Origin: Clostridiales bacterium
GTDB taxonomy: Bacteria > Bacillota > Clostridia > Oscillospirales > CAG-272
Reading direction: 5' to 3'
Length of the DNA: 64,000 nt
NCBI GenBank assembly: GCA_012727435.1
Contig: JAAYHB010000011.1
Span: 3,010-67,009, forward strand
Position 1 is the first letter of the stretch; the number at the start of each line of letters is the position of its first letter. Position numbers and translations under genes: made by a program. This document shows positions 26,951-36,770 of this stretch, in pieces. The notes under the pieces were generated by a model, which searched no databases, was not told the origin of the DNA, and saw only the letters and a program-made list of their open reading frames with translations.

Positions 26951-28444
26951 ATGGACAGGATTAAACTCGGTTGGGCTGAGGAGGACATTACTCCAAACAA
27001 GAGAATAAGGCTTGCAGGGCAATTTTATGAGCGGGTTTCGGAATATGTGGAGACGCCGATCTCGGTGACGGCACTGGCTGTCGAGTGCGAAGGGGAACAG
27101 GCGGTCTTCTGTTCCTGCGACCTTGTGGAAATTTACAGCCCGCTTGTGGCAAGTGTCCGCCAAAAGCTCATCGACGCCGGTGCGCAGGGGCTGGGGCTTG
27201 ATGTCGGTAAAGTGATACTGAATGCCATACATACTCATACTTCATATATTTACACCCGTGAGGACACAAGTTCCGGTTCAAGCCTCGGGGTGTTGCGAAG
27301 CCTTCTGCCGACCGTAAAAGAAGAAAGCAGGCCTGTAGCCGACCAGCCCGACATTATGCAGCCTGAGGAGGCACTGGAGTTTTTAGCCGACCGCATTACG
27401 GCGGCCGTGCTGCGTGCATGGTGTGAAAGAAAACCTGCGTTTATTATATTCGGGTTCGGCCGGGTGCCTATCGCACACTGCCGCCGCGTAGTGTATGACG
27501 ATGGCTCGGCGCTAATGTGGGGAGACACAAGCCTGCCGGACTTTTCGGTGTTGGAAGGGGGCACCGACACCGGAATGGAGCTCCTTTTCACCTTTGACGA
27601 GAACAGGAAACTTACCGGCGTGGTTGCCAACACCGCCTGTCCTGCGCAGGTGCTCGAACACAGAAACTTTGTATCCTCAGATTATTGGGGAAAAACGAAA
27701 AAACTGCTCCGCGAAAAGTTTGGCGGGGATTTAAAACTGCTTGCTTTAATTGGCGCCGCAGGCGACCTCTGCCCGCGCGACCTTATTCGCTGGGTCGAAC
27801 CCGAAACTCCAGTAGATGACCCAAACATAATAAGGCACAACCCGCCAGAACGGCTTGCCGACCCTTCCATGTTTGATATTCGGGGCTGCGAGAAGGTTGC
27901 CAAGAGGGTATATAACGAAATAGTTTCGGTTTACGAAGAACTCGACCTGTCGGTCCTCACAGACAAGGCAGTTTTCAGGCATAGCGCTGAGGTCGTGCCG
28001 CTCCCGTTGCGCCGGGTGACCACCGAAGAATATGAATATGCCCTTCGTGTAATTGAAGATTTCGCCAGGTCGGGGGTGGCAGTTGACTTCCGGAAGTGTG
28101 CCGAGTTGCATGTCTACGCCGGCACAGTAGCCCGCTATCGTTATCAGCAGAACCACGACACCTACGGTGCTGAAATGCATTTTCTGCGCCTCGGAGATGC
28201 GGGCTTTGTATCCTTTCCCTTTGAGATTTTCCTCGATTACGGGAATAAAATTCGCGCATGGAGTCCAGCCAAATTGACTTTCCTTATTGAACTGGCTTGC
28301 GGAGCCGGAGGGTACCTTCCGACTCAGCGGGCCGAGCGCGGCGGCCATTACAGTGCCTATGTTTCAAGCGGCAATGTCGGACATGAGGGAGGAGAGGTTC
28401 TTGTGAATCGGGCTGTTGAAGCCCTGAACAAATTCTGGGTATAA
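26951..28444 (+). CDS. Neutral-ceramidase-like hydrolase of unknown substrate
   Basis: DITP, AIHTHTS, GAAGD, FPFEIF, GGYLPT motifs. Confidence 0.65.
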   Translation: MDRIKLGWAEEDITPNKRIRLAGQFYERVSEYVETPISVTALAVECEGEQAVFCSCDLVEIYSPLVASVRQKLIDAGAQGLGLDVGKVILNAIHTHTSYIYTREDTSSGSSLGVLRSLLPTVKEESRPVADQPDIMQPEEALEFLADRITAAVLRAWCERKPAFIIFGFGRVPIAHCRRVVYDDGSALMWGDTSLPDFSVLEGGTDTGMELLFTFDENRKLTGVVANTACPAQVLEHRNFVSSDYWGKTKKLLREKFGGDLKLLALIGAAGDLCPRDLIRWVEPETPVDDPNIIRHNPPERLADPSMFDIRGCEKVAKRVYNEIVSVYEELDLSVLTDKAVFRHSAEVVPLPLRRVTTEEYEYALRVIEDFARSGVAVDFRKCAELHVYAGTVARYRYQQNHDTYGAEMHFLRLGDAGFVSFPFEIFLDYGNKIRAWSPAKLTFLIELACGAGGYLPTQRAERGGHYSAYVSSGNVGHEGGEVLVNRAVEALNKFWV

Positions 28445-28472
28445 CCAACACTTATGAAAGGAGAGAGCCGAG

Positions 28473-29972
28473 ATGAAGAAGATCAGCTTCCCCCATATTT
28501 TGAGCTTTCTGATTATCTTTGCTATGCTGGCGACTACTCTTATGTCCTGTGCAGGCGGCGGGGACAACAAAATCGAAACCGATACTACCACCACCTCTGA
28601 CGGTCCGCCCGGCGAGACAGATAAGCTGCTTGACAATTACGGGCGCGAAATAATCGACCCCGATATACCCGACAATCTTGATTTCGGAGGCAGGGACTTT
28701 GTTGTACATACCCGTGGTAATGTCGAACAGTACGAGTGGAAGGCCGACTTCCCGAACGGCGAAATACTCAATGACACCATTTATGAGCGCAACATGCTTG
28801 TCGAAGAGCTGCTGAATATCAAAATCGTGGTTTTGGCTGAGGGCACCTGGGCTGATTATTCTACAGTCACGCTTCCCAAAATGAAAGCCAGCATCATGTC
28901 GGGCGACTATGCATACGACCTTATTGCGGGCTTCTCGACTCCAATTGCCACATTAGCCACCACAGGCCTTATTTTGAACCTGAACGACGTGCCCTACCTT
29001 GATTTTGACAAGCCCTGGTGGTCACAAAACATTGTCGAGGAACTGACTATCGACGATATTCTCCATTTCGCCGTCGGAAGCCTGTCGCTCTCGATGATCT
29101 ACTCGATGGAGTGCATTTTTGTCAACACCGACATGCTCAAGGACGTTGCGCCGGGATACAACATTTATGACACTGTAAAGAGCGGAAACTGGACATGGGA
29201 TGAGATGCAGAGACTGTCGGCCTCGGCATACTTTGACAATAACGGCAACGGCGTGAAGGACGAGGGCGACCGCTATGGGATGGCTTTCTGTGATAATTCC
29301 AATACTATCCACGGATTCTTATATTCGACCGGCAACAAGCTGATCCTGCGCGATGCCGAAGGCTATCCCAAGATCAATATCGAGACCGAAAAGCTTTCGG
29401 AAATTGTCGATAAGCTTATTGTCCTGCTCTACGAAACCGATTCGGCATATCCTGCCGACAAGACCCCGCTTGATTTTTCAGACGGCAACGTAATGTTCTT
29501 CAACCACTGGCTCTATTGGGGGCAGACCCAATACTCACACCTGATGGAAACCTACGGGATCGTGCCCATGCCCAAATACAATACTCAGCAGGAAAACTAC
29601 TATACCCCGGTCCAGTCTGGGATGCACATGTATTGTATCCCGATAGACGTCAAAAACGTTGAGGAAAACGGAATCATTACCGAAGCGCTGGCGGCACAGT
29701 CATACAGAACCCTGCAACCGGCCTATTATGAGATAGTGCTAAAGACCAAATACGCCAAGGATTCCGATACCTCTCAGATGGTCGACATAATGTACGACAC
29801 GGTTTTCTTTGATTTTGCTCAGATTTTCAATACCGACCTTGGAATTTTGAACAATATAAGCGACGTTGTCAGGAGTAAAAACAACACCCTTGTCTCGATA
29901 CTCAAGGCTACTTCGAGCATTTATGAAAAAAAGCTCGAAGCTTTAATAAAAGGAATTATTGGGCAAACATAA
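28473..29972 (+). CDS. Extracellular sugar solute-binding lipoprotein (family 1-like)
   Basis: Lipobox LMSC; NDTIYERN, LDFDKPWW, YGIVPMPK motifs. Confidence 0.85.
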   Translation: MKKISFPHILSFLIIFAMLATTLMSCAGGGDNKIETDTTTTSDGPPGETDKLLDNYGREIIDPDIPDNLDFGGRDFVVHTRGNVEQYEWKADFPNGEILNDTIYERNMLVEELLNIKIVVLAEGTWADYSTVTLPKMKASIMSGDYAYDLIAGFSTPIATLATTGLILNLNDVPYLDFDKPWWSQNIVEELTIDDILHFAVGSLSLSMIYSMECIFVNTDMLKDVAPGYNIYDTVKSGNWTWDEMQRLSASAYFDNNGNGVKDEGDRYGMAFCDNSNTIHGFLYSTGNKLILRDAEGYPKINIETEKLSEIVDKLIVLLYETDSAYPADKTPLDFSDGNVMFFNHWLYWGQTQYSHLMETYGIVPMPKYNTQQENYYTPVQSGMHMYCIPIDVKNVEENGIITEALAAQSYRTLQPAYYEIVLKTKYAKDSDTSQMVDIMYDTVFFDFAQIFNTDLGILNNISDVVRSKNNTLVSILKATSSIYEKKLEALIKGIIGQT

Positions 29973-29994
29973 TTGAAAGAAAGGAGAATACCGT

Positions 29995-31073
29995 ATGAAA
30001 AAACGATTGTTCATTGTGTCTTTGATTGTTTTGCTGGCCATAACTGCAGGAGTTGCTCCGACATCTGCTGCTGCCGGCAACGAGCCTTATAAATACGCCG
30101 AATACGGCCAGCAGACACTGTATGTCATCACCGGCGGTATTCCCCCTGTTATTGACGGGGTAATAGCCGACGGGGAGTACTACAACACTCTTGTTTTTGA
30201 CAAAAATACCTCGGGTGTCTTTTTCAGCAATGATACCTTCCCGGCATATCCGAACTACATCAAGGTACACATGACGGTCGACGACGATTATATCTACCTT
30301 GGAATTGAAGTCGCCGAGCCCTACTTCAAATACCGTGTCGAGAACACTTCAGGAAGCTACATGGCCTTTTCCTTCGGTTTCAATATGGGAGATACCTTTT
30401 ATCAAAGCATGGACCGACAGACCCTGACTTTTCAGATTTATGAGGATAAAACTCCGTTTTATGCGAATACCGTAATGGTTTACGCCCCTAACGGAACATA
30501 TACGACCTCATATAATTCGGTCATATATGAGGAGGTGTCCTCTTCACGCGATGAAGAAAAAGGTGTAACGTTTTATGAGGCCAAGCTTATAAAAGCCGAG
30601 ATGGCCGCGATTGCGGGAATTGAAAAGCTGCCGAAAACCTGTTACATTCATTTCCTAAATAAAACCTTTATCGCTGCGTGCTCGATGAAATGGCAAAGGC
30701 GATAATCACCGCCTATGATGGCTGGTGCGCTACTTTCGCGCCCCATCTTCTGACCTTCCTTGAGCCGGGCGAGGAACCAGGACCGGTTGAAACCCCCGAG
30801 ACAACCACAGCACCCCCCGATACCACTACGGCAACGCCCGATACCACCGCCACCCCGGATACAACCACATCTGCACCCGAAACAATCACCACCGCTCCCG
30901 AGACGACTACCTCCGCGCCCGAGACGACTACCTCCGCGCCCGATACAACTACCGGTGCAGATACAACCACGGATAAACAAACGGGAGGCTGCAAATCTGC
31001 CGCGACATTTGCAGCATTGCCGCTCATATTCGGCGCCTTCTCGGTAATATTTACCAAGAAACGCGAAAACTAA
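29995..31073 (+). pseudogene. Secreted surface protein (DOMON/CBM9-like N-domain, Thr/Pro stalk, C-terminal anchor), frameshifted by a 31-bp deletion
   Basis: ORFs 29995..30705 and 30678..31073 are collinear with paralogue 32756..34660. The equivalent of 33430-33460 is missing at 30668/30669. Confidence 0.8.
30790..30965 (+). repeat. Coding Thr/Pro-rich tandem repeats (PETTTAP/PDTTTAP)
   Basis: Degenerate 18-21 bp units, with exact 21-bp duplication CCCGAGACGACTACCTCCGCG at 30897-30938. Confidence 0.85.
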
Positions 31074-31078
31074 ACAAT

Positions 31079-31111
31079 TTCGCGCTGGGGAGCAACGCTC
31101 CCCGGCGCGAA
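31079..31111 (+). terminator. Hairpin, probable terminator or processing site
   Basis: TTCGCGCTGGGGAGC-AAC-GCTCCCCGGCGCGAA. Confidence 0.6.
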
Positions 31112-31170
31112 TATTGCTCTGTTGCCGATAACAGAGTGCAATCACAACGGAGCATAAAACGGAGCATAAA

Positions 31171-32538
31171 ATGTATCCACTTAAAAACTACCGAATAATA
31201 CTATCTCAAAATCCGACACCCAACGAGCGCCGTGCGGCCGCATTTTTGCGCGAGAAAATCATGCTGGTGACCGGCAACCTGCTGCCGGTCCTGCATGACG
31301 ACGCGTGTCCGGACAAATATGAGATAATAATAGGGAAAACCCGACGTGAGCAATATGACGGCCTGAGCTTCCCGCGCAGCCGGCAGGGGGTCTGGCAGTA
31401 CAGCCTGCGCATACTTGGCAGTAGGCTGTATCTTACGGGATACGGGGTCCCCGAGACGCCGCCGCAGGAATACACCTCGGCTTACCGTTATGTTGACGAC
31501 GGCGGGCAGGGAACAGTCTTTGCGGCCTACCGTTTTGTCGAGGAGATACTCGGGTATGATTTCCTGCGCGGCGACTTCGAGTTGCCGCCCTTTCGGCCTG
31601 ATGCGGCAATACCTGGGGACTTGCGCATTGATTATACAACCGAATCGCTGCGCTCGGCAAAGCTCCCGGGCTTTTCGGGGGACGCCATCTACATGCTTCC
31701 GGTGACTGCACAGCTTGACTGGAATATTATGTCCTTTGTCATAAGAACAAAAGGGGGCAGATATGCGGTGATAGACGGCGGACACCCCGAGGAGACCGGA
31801 TTTTTGCTCGACACACTCAGCCGGCTTGCCGGGGGAAATGTGCCTGTAGTGGATGCGTGGTTTCTGACGCATCTTCATGCCGACCATTACGGCGTGATAG
31901 CCGAGCTCTGCGGCAACCCTGATAGATATAGAAGCTGCGTTGTGGTAAAAACAGTTTATCATGCGCTCCTGCCGCGAGAGTTCTACCCCAACATATCGCG
32001 GGAGAGGAACCCGGCGTTTGCCGGAGTATACGATACGATATGTAATGCTCAAACGGCGCTCGGCTGCGATGTGGTCAGGCTTGCCGAGGGCGATACAGTC
32101 AATGTTGGTGGTCTTGTCTTCCGTGTTATACATACCCCTGACTGCGTTGAGGAGTCGCTGCTGCCCAAAATGAATATCAACGATTCAAGCATGGTGCTGC
32201 GGCTTGAAGCAGGTGGCCAGAGGATTTTGTTCTTATCCGACAGCGAGTGGATCTGCAACAGGCAACTTCTCAGAAAACACCGCGATGAGCTGCCTGCCGA
32301 CATTGTGCAGATTGCCCACCACGGCTGCGGGAATGTGTCGGAGGAGTGCTACGAGGCAATAGCGGCGAAAAAGTACCTCATGCAGGCCGGCAACCACTTT
32401 TATTACAGCGACAGGGGTGAAGGACTCAATTCCCACAACACCGGCATGATACGTACCCGTCGATATCTCTGCCGCATCGGTGTAAAGGAGATATGCGACC
32501 GGTACGGAGTGGTGGCCTTTGAGTTGCCGGTTCCGTAG
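31171..32538 (+). CDS. Metallo-beta-lactamase-fold hydrolase with a GH20/GH67-N-terminal-like domain
   Basis: THLHADHYG, NDSSMV, QIAHHGC motifs; N-terminus ERRAAAFLREKI...YEIIIG. Confidence 0.75.
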   Translation: MYPLKNYRIILSQNPTPNERRAAAFLREKIMLVTGNLLPVLHDDACPDKYEIIIGKTRREQYDGLSFPRSRQGVWQYSLRILGSRLYLTGYGVPETPPQEYTSAYRYVDDGGQGTVFAAYRFVEEILGYDFLRGDFELPPFRPDAAIPGDLRIDYTTESLRSAKLPGFSGDAIYMLPVTAQLDWNIMSFVIRTKGGRYAVIDGGHPEETGFLLDTLSRLAGGNVPVVDAWFLTHLHADHYGVIAELCGNPDRYRSCVVVKTVYHALLPREFYPNISRERNPAFAGVYDTICNAQTALGCDVVRLAEGDTVNVGGLVFRVIHTPDCVEESLLPKMNINDSSMVLRLEAGGQRILFLSDSEWICNRQLLRKHRDELPADIVQIAHHGCGNVSEECYEAIAAKKYLMQAGNHFYYSDRGEGLNSHNTGMIRTRRYLCRIGVKEICDRYGVVAFELPVP

Positions 32539-32755
32539 CCCGAGCGACACGGATGGCCTGTTCTTGTTTGTGCAATATGCTGAATTTGAGATATCTATAA
32601 TAAGGATGAAATGACACATGCCGGAGCACATGGTTTAATTCAAACACAACAAAACGAAATGAAAAAATAAAATCAAAAAAAGAAATTACAAACGCGACCG
32701 GGTTCCGACTCATATGCGTTGCATTACCAGTTAATTTTGGAGAAAGGGAACGGCT

Positions 32756-34660
32756 ATGAAAAAAAGATTAATCACCGTGCTGTTGATTCTTGTGCTGATC
32801 ATGTCTGCAGGAATAGTCCCGGCAGGCGCGGCTGGGGGCAGCAAACCTTATGACTATGCTAAATATGGACAGCAGACGCTTTCGGTGGCTTTTGGCGGCG
32901 CCACACCTATTATTGACGGCAAAGTGGGGGTCAAAGAGTATGCCAACACTCTCGTGTTTGACAAGGATACCCCCGGTGTCAGTTTCAGCGATTCCGCTTT
33001 TACCGCCTACCCTACTGATATCAAAGTACATATGACGGTCGACGAGCAGTATATTTACCTCGGGATTGAAGTTGATGAGCCGTACTACAGGTACCGCGTC
33101 GGAAGTACGGCGGGCAGTTACATGGCTTTCTCTTTCGGCTTCAATATGGGTGATATCTTTTACCATTGCATGGACCGGCAAACCCTGACCTTTCAGGTAT
33201 ATCAGGATAATACCCCGTTTTATGCAAACACGATTATGGTCTACAAACCCGACGGGACATATACGTCCACATATAACTCGGTGGTATATGCCGATGTTGC
33301 CGTAATGCGCGATGACACAAATCAGGTCACGGTTTATGAGGCCAGGCTTATAAAAGCCGAGCTGGCCGCTCTGTCGGGACTTGAAAAACTGCCGGATACC
33401 TGCTACATCCATTTTCTCAATAAATGCTTCGACTCGGCGGGAAACACGGCTGAGTTCCGTTACCGCTGCTTGCTTGACAGTGCGGCAAGGGCAGAAATTA
33501 CTGCGCAGGACGGCTGGGTCGCCACATTCGCGCCTCATCTTCTGACCTTCCTTCCCCCCAGTGACGGCACGCCATTGAGAATGGTGGATTCCTTCGGTAA
33601 TCGCATTTATAATCTAAAGGAAATTGCCTCCCCCTCGGTTTCATTCGCCAATGCTGAAAGCCATCCCCGCTTCTTGAATGACGGTAGCGAGGCGCGCTGG
33701 AGCGCGGCCGGCTATACCGGCCAAGATAAGCCCTGGGTGCAGTATGAATTCCCCTGCCGGATATCGGCTGAAGGCATCGTCATAAAGTGGTATGACGACG
33801 GCAGCGGCAACAGGGTACCGAAGGAAATCGACATTCAGTACTGGAACGGCTCTGAATTTGTTTCGGTTGTCAAAAAGGGAACATACTCCTATCCGGCAAA
33901 TACCAGAACCCTATATAAATTCAACGCAGTAGAGACTACCATCCTTCGTGTTGTCATTACACCGACCGGTACGCTTGGCGGCGACGGAAAGGGCATGCCG
34001 GCAATTGCCGAGTGGAATGTGGTGGGTTCGCTGGCCGAGGGAGCCGTGGTGCCGAAACCCGAGATGACCGGCATTTCAAGAATTGCTGTGCCCTCTGCAG
34101 CCTTTGCCTACAAGACCGACTTCGTATACAACCTCAACGACAACACCGATGCATACTGGAGTGCATACGGTTACACCGACACAAACAAGCCCTGGGTTCA
34201 GTATAAGTTACCGGTTGAAGTAGCATTGAACGGCTGTGTGGTCAGGTGGTATGATGACGGCAGCAATATCAGGGCACCGAAGTCAATCGACATACAGTAC
34301 TGGAACGGCACCGAGTTCGTGTCGGTCAATAAGATCGGAGCATATTCCTATGTCCCGAATCAGGACAACACCTATAAGTTTGAAAGTATAAACACCAGGA
34401 TACTTAGAATAGTCATAACTCCTGCCGGTGAGCTCGGCGGTGACGGAAAGGGCATGCCTGGCATTGTCGAATGGAATGTTATAGGTTACCTGCTCATGGA
34501 GTACACAAAGAACGACCTTGAGAAGACCTATATTACTTCACTCGAAAAGGAGCCAGCCACCGGTGACACTGCTGTTTTTGTCGTGGCTGTGATGGAAGTT
34601 TCCGCGGTTTCACTGGCTGCTCTGATTATCCGTCGCAGAAAGCGCTGCCGGAGCAACTGA
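32756..34660 (+). CDS. Sortase-anchored surface protein: DOMON/CBM9-like domain plus two discoidin (F5/8C, CBM32-like) repeats
   Basis: Signal peptide; two near-identical KPWVQY...WYDDG...IDIQYWNG...GDGKGMP repeats; EPATGD + hydrophobic helix + RRRKR. Confidence 0.8.
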   Translation: MKKRLITVLLILVLIMSAGIVPAGAAGGSKPYDYAKYGQQTLSVAFGGATPIIDGKVGVKEYANTLVFDKDTPGVSFSDSAFTAYPTDIKVHMTVDEQYIYLGIEVDEPYYRYRVGSTAGSYMAFSFGFNMGDIFYHCMDRQTLTFQVYQDNTPFYANTIMVYKPDGTYTSTYNSVVYADVAVMRDDTNQVTVYEARLIKAELAALSGLEKLPDTCYIHFLNKCFDSAGNTAEFRYRCLLDSAARAEITAQDGWVATFAPHLLTFLPPSDGTPLRMVDSFGNRIYNLKEIASPSVSFANAESHPRFLNDGSEARWSAAGYTGQDKPWVQYEFPCRISAEGIVIKWYDDGSGNRVPKEIDIQYWNGSEFVSVVKKGTYSYPANTRTLYKFNAVETTILRVVITPTGTLGGDGKGMPAIAEWNVVGSLAEGAVVPKPEMTGISRIAVPSAAFAYKTDFVYNLNDNTDAYWSAYGYTDTNKPWVQYKLPVEVALNGCVVRWYDDGSNIRAPKSIDIQYWNGTEFVSVNKIGAYSYVPNQDNTYKFESINTRILRIVITPAGELGGDGKGMPGIVEWNVIGYLLMEYTKNDLEKTYITSLEKEPATGDTAVFVVAVMEVSAVSLAALIIRRRKRCRSN

Positions 34661-34674
34661 AAAGAATAAAGTTG

Positions 34675-34710
34675 GCTGCCGCAAATCAAGCGATTTGCGG
34701 CAGCTTTTTT
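34675..34710 (+). terminator. Intrinsic terminator (same stem family as 56376-56410)
   Basis: GCTGCCGCAAATC-AAGC-GATTTGCGGCAGC followed by TTTTTT. Confidence 0.85.
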
Positions 34711-34805
34711 GTCCTTTGCCGTCCGGGGACAAGCTTGACAAAAAATATCCTGCGCTCTATAATGGGGGTGACGGGTTACCGAGGATTTATTGGCGGGTGG
34801 ACATT

Positions 34806-35201
34806 ATGGAGAGGGGCAAAGGCCGGGGATACCGCGATGCCGAACTTGCATTTCGGCGTTATGCCGAATACGGGCTTGACAGGCGAAGGCTTGATATGTT
34901 TGAGATCCGTGACGCCATACGCGGGTGCTGCAGCGGTCAGAGCGCATACGATATGCTGGCGGTTTACGATACCCTGCGGTTGCTTGAGGCAATCGGCCAA
35001 AAAGAGTGCGCCGATGCGGTCCGGGCGGTTTACTTTGCCGGCGGCGGGCGCAGACCCCGGCGAAATGACGTCACCTTCAGGGTCAGGCGCCATGCATATG
35101 AAAGAAACTATGACGAGAGGACCATCTACCGGCAGCTTCGGCGTGCAAAGGAAATATACCGCCTGCTCAGGTACGGCAGTTTTGTCTTTGGGCGGAGCTA
35201 G
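34806..35201 (+). CDS. Small basic protein with possible C-terminal HTH (RinA/ArpU-like)
   Basis: MERGKG...RVRRHAYERNYDERTIYRQLRRAKE resembles the sigma-region-4-like YSERT.YR helix. Confidence 0.55.
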   Translation: MERGKGRGYRDAELAFRRYAEYGLDRRRLDMFEIRDAIRGCCSGQSAYDMLAVYDTLRLLEAIGQKECADAVRAVYFAGGGRRPRRNDVTFRVRRHAYERNYDERTIYRQLRRAKEIYRLLRYGSFVFGRS

Positions 35202-35352
35202 GAAATACCGGCGGCAAAGCCGGCGCAGGAATTTCCGGCCGGGATTATTCCCGCCGGAGCTTGCGCCGGTGGCCTTGATGTGATAAAATATAAAAAACCC
35301 GCCGGTGTTTTCACACTCAACGCCGCGGGACTTGTGACGGGGAGGGGAGAGC

Positions 35353-36750
35353 ATGCTGTACGCATCGGCGGCTTTTTTGTTTTTGTTCCTGCCGCTGGCG
35401 CTCGGTATATATATGCTGGTTTCGGAACGCGCCAAAAAGTACGTGCTCCTCTCGACCGGCTTGCTTTTTTATGTTTTAGCAAACCTCGCCTCCCCGCCTG
35501 CCATTCCGGTATTTGGCGCGGTTCTTGCCCTGACCTGTCTTGCCGGCTGGGTTGTTGCCCGCACCGGCAGCCGGGTGGTGCCGCTTTGCGTGGCGGTCTT
35601 TGATATTGCCGCATTTGTGGTGCTGCGGGTGCTATATGAGGCGCCGGGTGTGAATTTCATGTTCCCGCTCGGTGCCGCGATATATATATTTGCCTCGGTG
35701 TCCTATCTTTTCGACATTCGCCGGGGCGACTGCAGGCCGGGCAGCCTAATTGACACCCTGCTTTTTCTCAGCTTTTTCCCGGTCATTGTGGCAGGCCCGG
35801 TGGTAAAATATAAGGATTTTGCAAAATACATAGGCGAGGCAAAAGTAAGCATCTTTAGCTTTGCCGGCGGGGCGCGGCTTTTTATGACCGGTTTTATCGA
35901 GACGGTCGCGGTTGCCGGGGTGACGGGCGAAGCCTACAAAACCATCATCGAGTTGAGCGGGCACAGCATTAATATCGTCCTCGGAATACTTGCCGCGGCG
36001 CTGGCGCTGCTTTCGGCATTTTTCACGATTGCAGGCTGGACCGACATGGGCGCGGGTATTTCGATGATGTTCGGGATTATGATTCCGAGAGACTGCGGCT
36101 TTGCCCCAGGGGCGCTGACCCCGCTCGGGCATTTTAACCGGATATTCCGCGGGCTCTCGGGCTGGCTTGACGATTATCTGATTTTTCCCCTGTCCCGGGT
36201 GCTCAAGCTGAGAGGAAAGCCTGCCGAATCTCTCGGGGTGTTTCTGCAGGTTGTCTTGATGTCGCTCTGGATCAGAACCACACCGGCGATGCTTATTGCC
36301 GCTTCTGTCGTGGCCTGTGCGGCCGCACTCCTTAAGCTGACCCGGGCAGATGAGGCCATTGAGCAAAAGCGTTATCTGCGGCCGCTCGGCTGGCTGCTTA
36401 CCACCGTGATCATGTCGGTTTTCTGGAGTGCGGCGACACTCGGGGGCGCGGACGAGCTTGTGTCGCTGTTCGGCAAGCTGAACCTTGCCGAGGATTTTAG
36501 GACCTACTATATCTACATTTCGCTTTCGGGCTGGGAGTTTATATCGGTTGCGGCCGCCGCGCTGCTTGTGGTCGCCCCGTTGTCCTTTTATCATGATTCC
36601 ATATTGTCGCTTATGCCGAAAAAATTCAGGACAAGCCTTGAGGCACTCTTTATGCTGGTGCTGCTCTTTGTCTTTGTATTTTGTGTCCTGTACTTCATGC
36701 CACAGTATCCGCAATATGCCGTGAGGGTATCCGATTATTTTGTGTTTTAA
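35353..36750 (+). CDS. AlgI-like MBOAT membrane protein with degenerate active site
   Basis: FLFLFLP, PLG...SYLFD.RRG, FFP...AGP, GWTDM, W..DYL.FPL are retained; FWRRWH becomes FNRIFR and LWHG becomes LWIR. Confidence 0.85.
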   Translation: MLYASAAFLFLFLPLALGIYMLVSERAKKYVLLSTGLLFYVLANLASPPAIPVFGAVLALTCLAGWVVARTGSRVVPLCVAVFDIAAFVVLRVLYEAPGVNFMFPLGAAIYIFASVSYLFDIRRGDCRPGSLIDTLLFLSFFPVIVAGPVVKYKDFAKYIGEAKVSIFSFAGGARLFMTGFIETVAVAGVTGEAYKTIIELSGHSINIVLGILAAALALLSAFFTIAGWTDMGAGISMMFGIMIPRDCGFAPGALTPLGHFNRIFRGLSGWLDDYLIFPLSRVLKLRGKPAESLGVFLQVVLMSLWIRTTPAMLIAASVVACAAALLKLTRADEAIEQKRYLRPLGWLLTTVIMSVFWSAATLGGADELVSLFGKLNLAEDFRTYYIYISLSGWEFISVAAAALLVVAPLSFYHDSILSLMPKKFRTSLEALFMLVLLFVFVFCVLYFMPQYPQYAVRVSDYFVF

Positions 36751-36770
36751 CGGCCAAAGGAGGGTGGGAC

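Noticed and set aside
30790-30965. Tandem 21-bp repeats as a possible CRISPR array
   Set aside because: The units are contiguous with no spacers, encode a Thr/Pro stalk in frame, and no cas genes are present.
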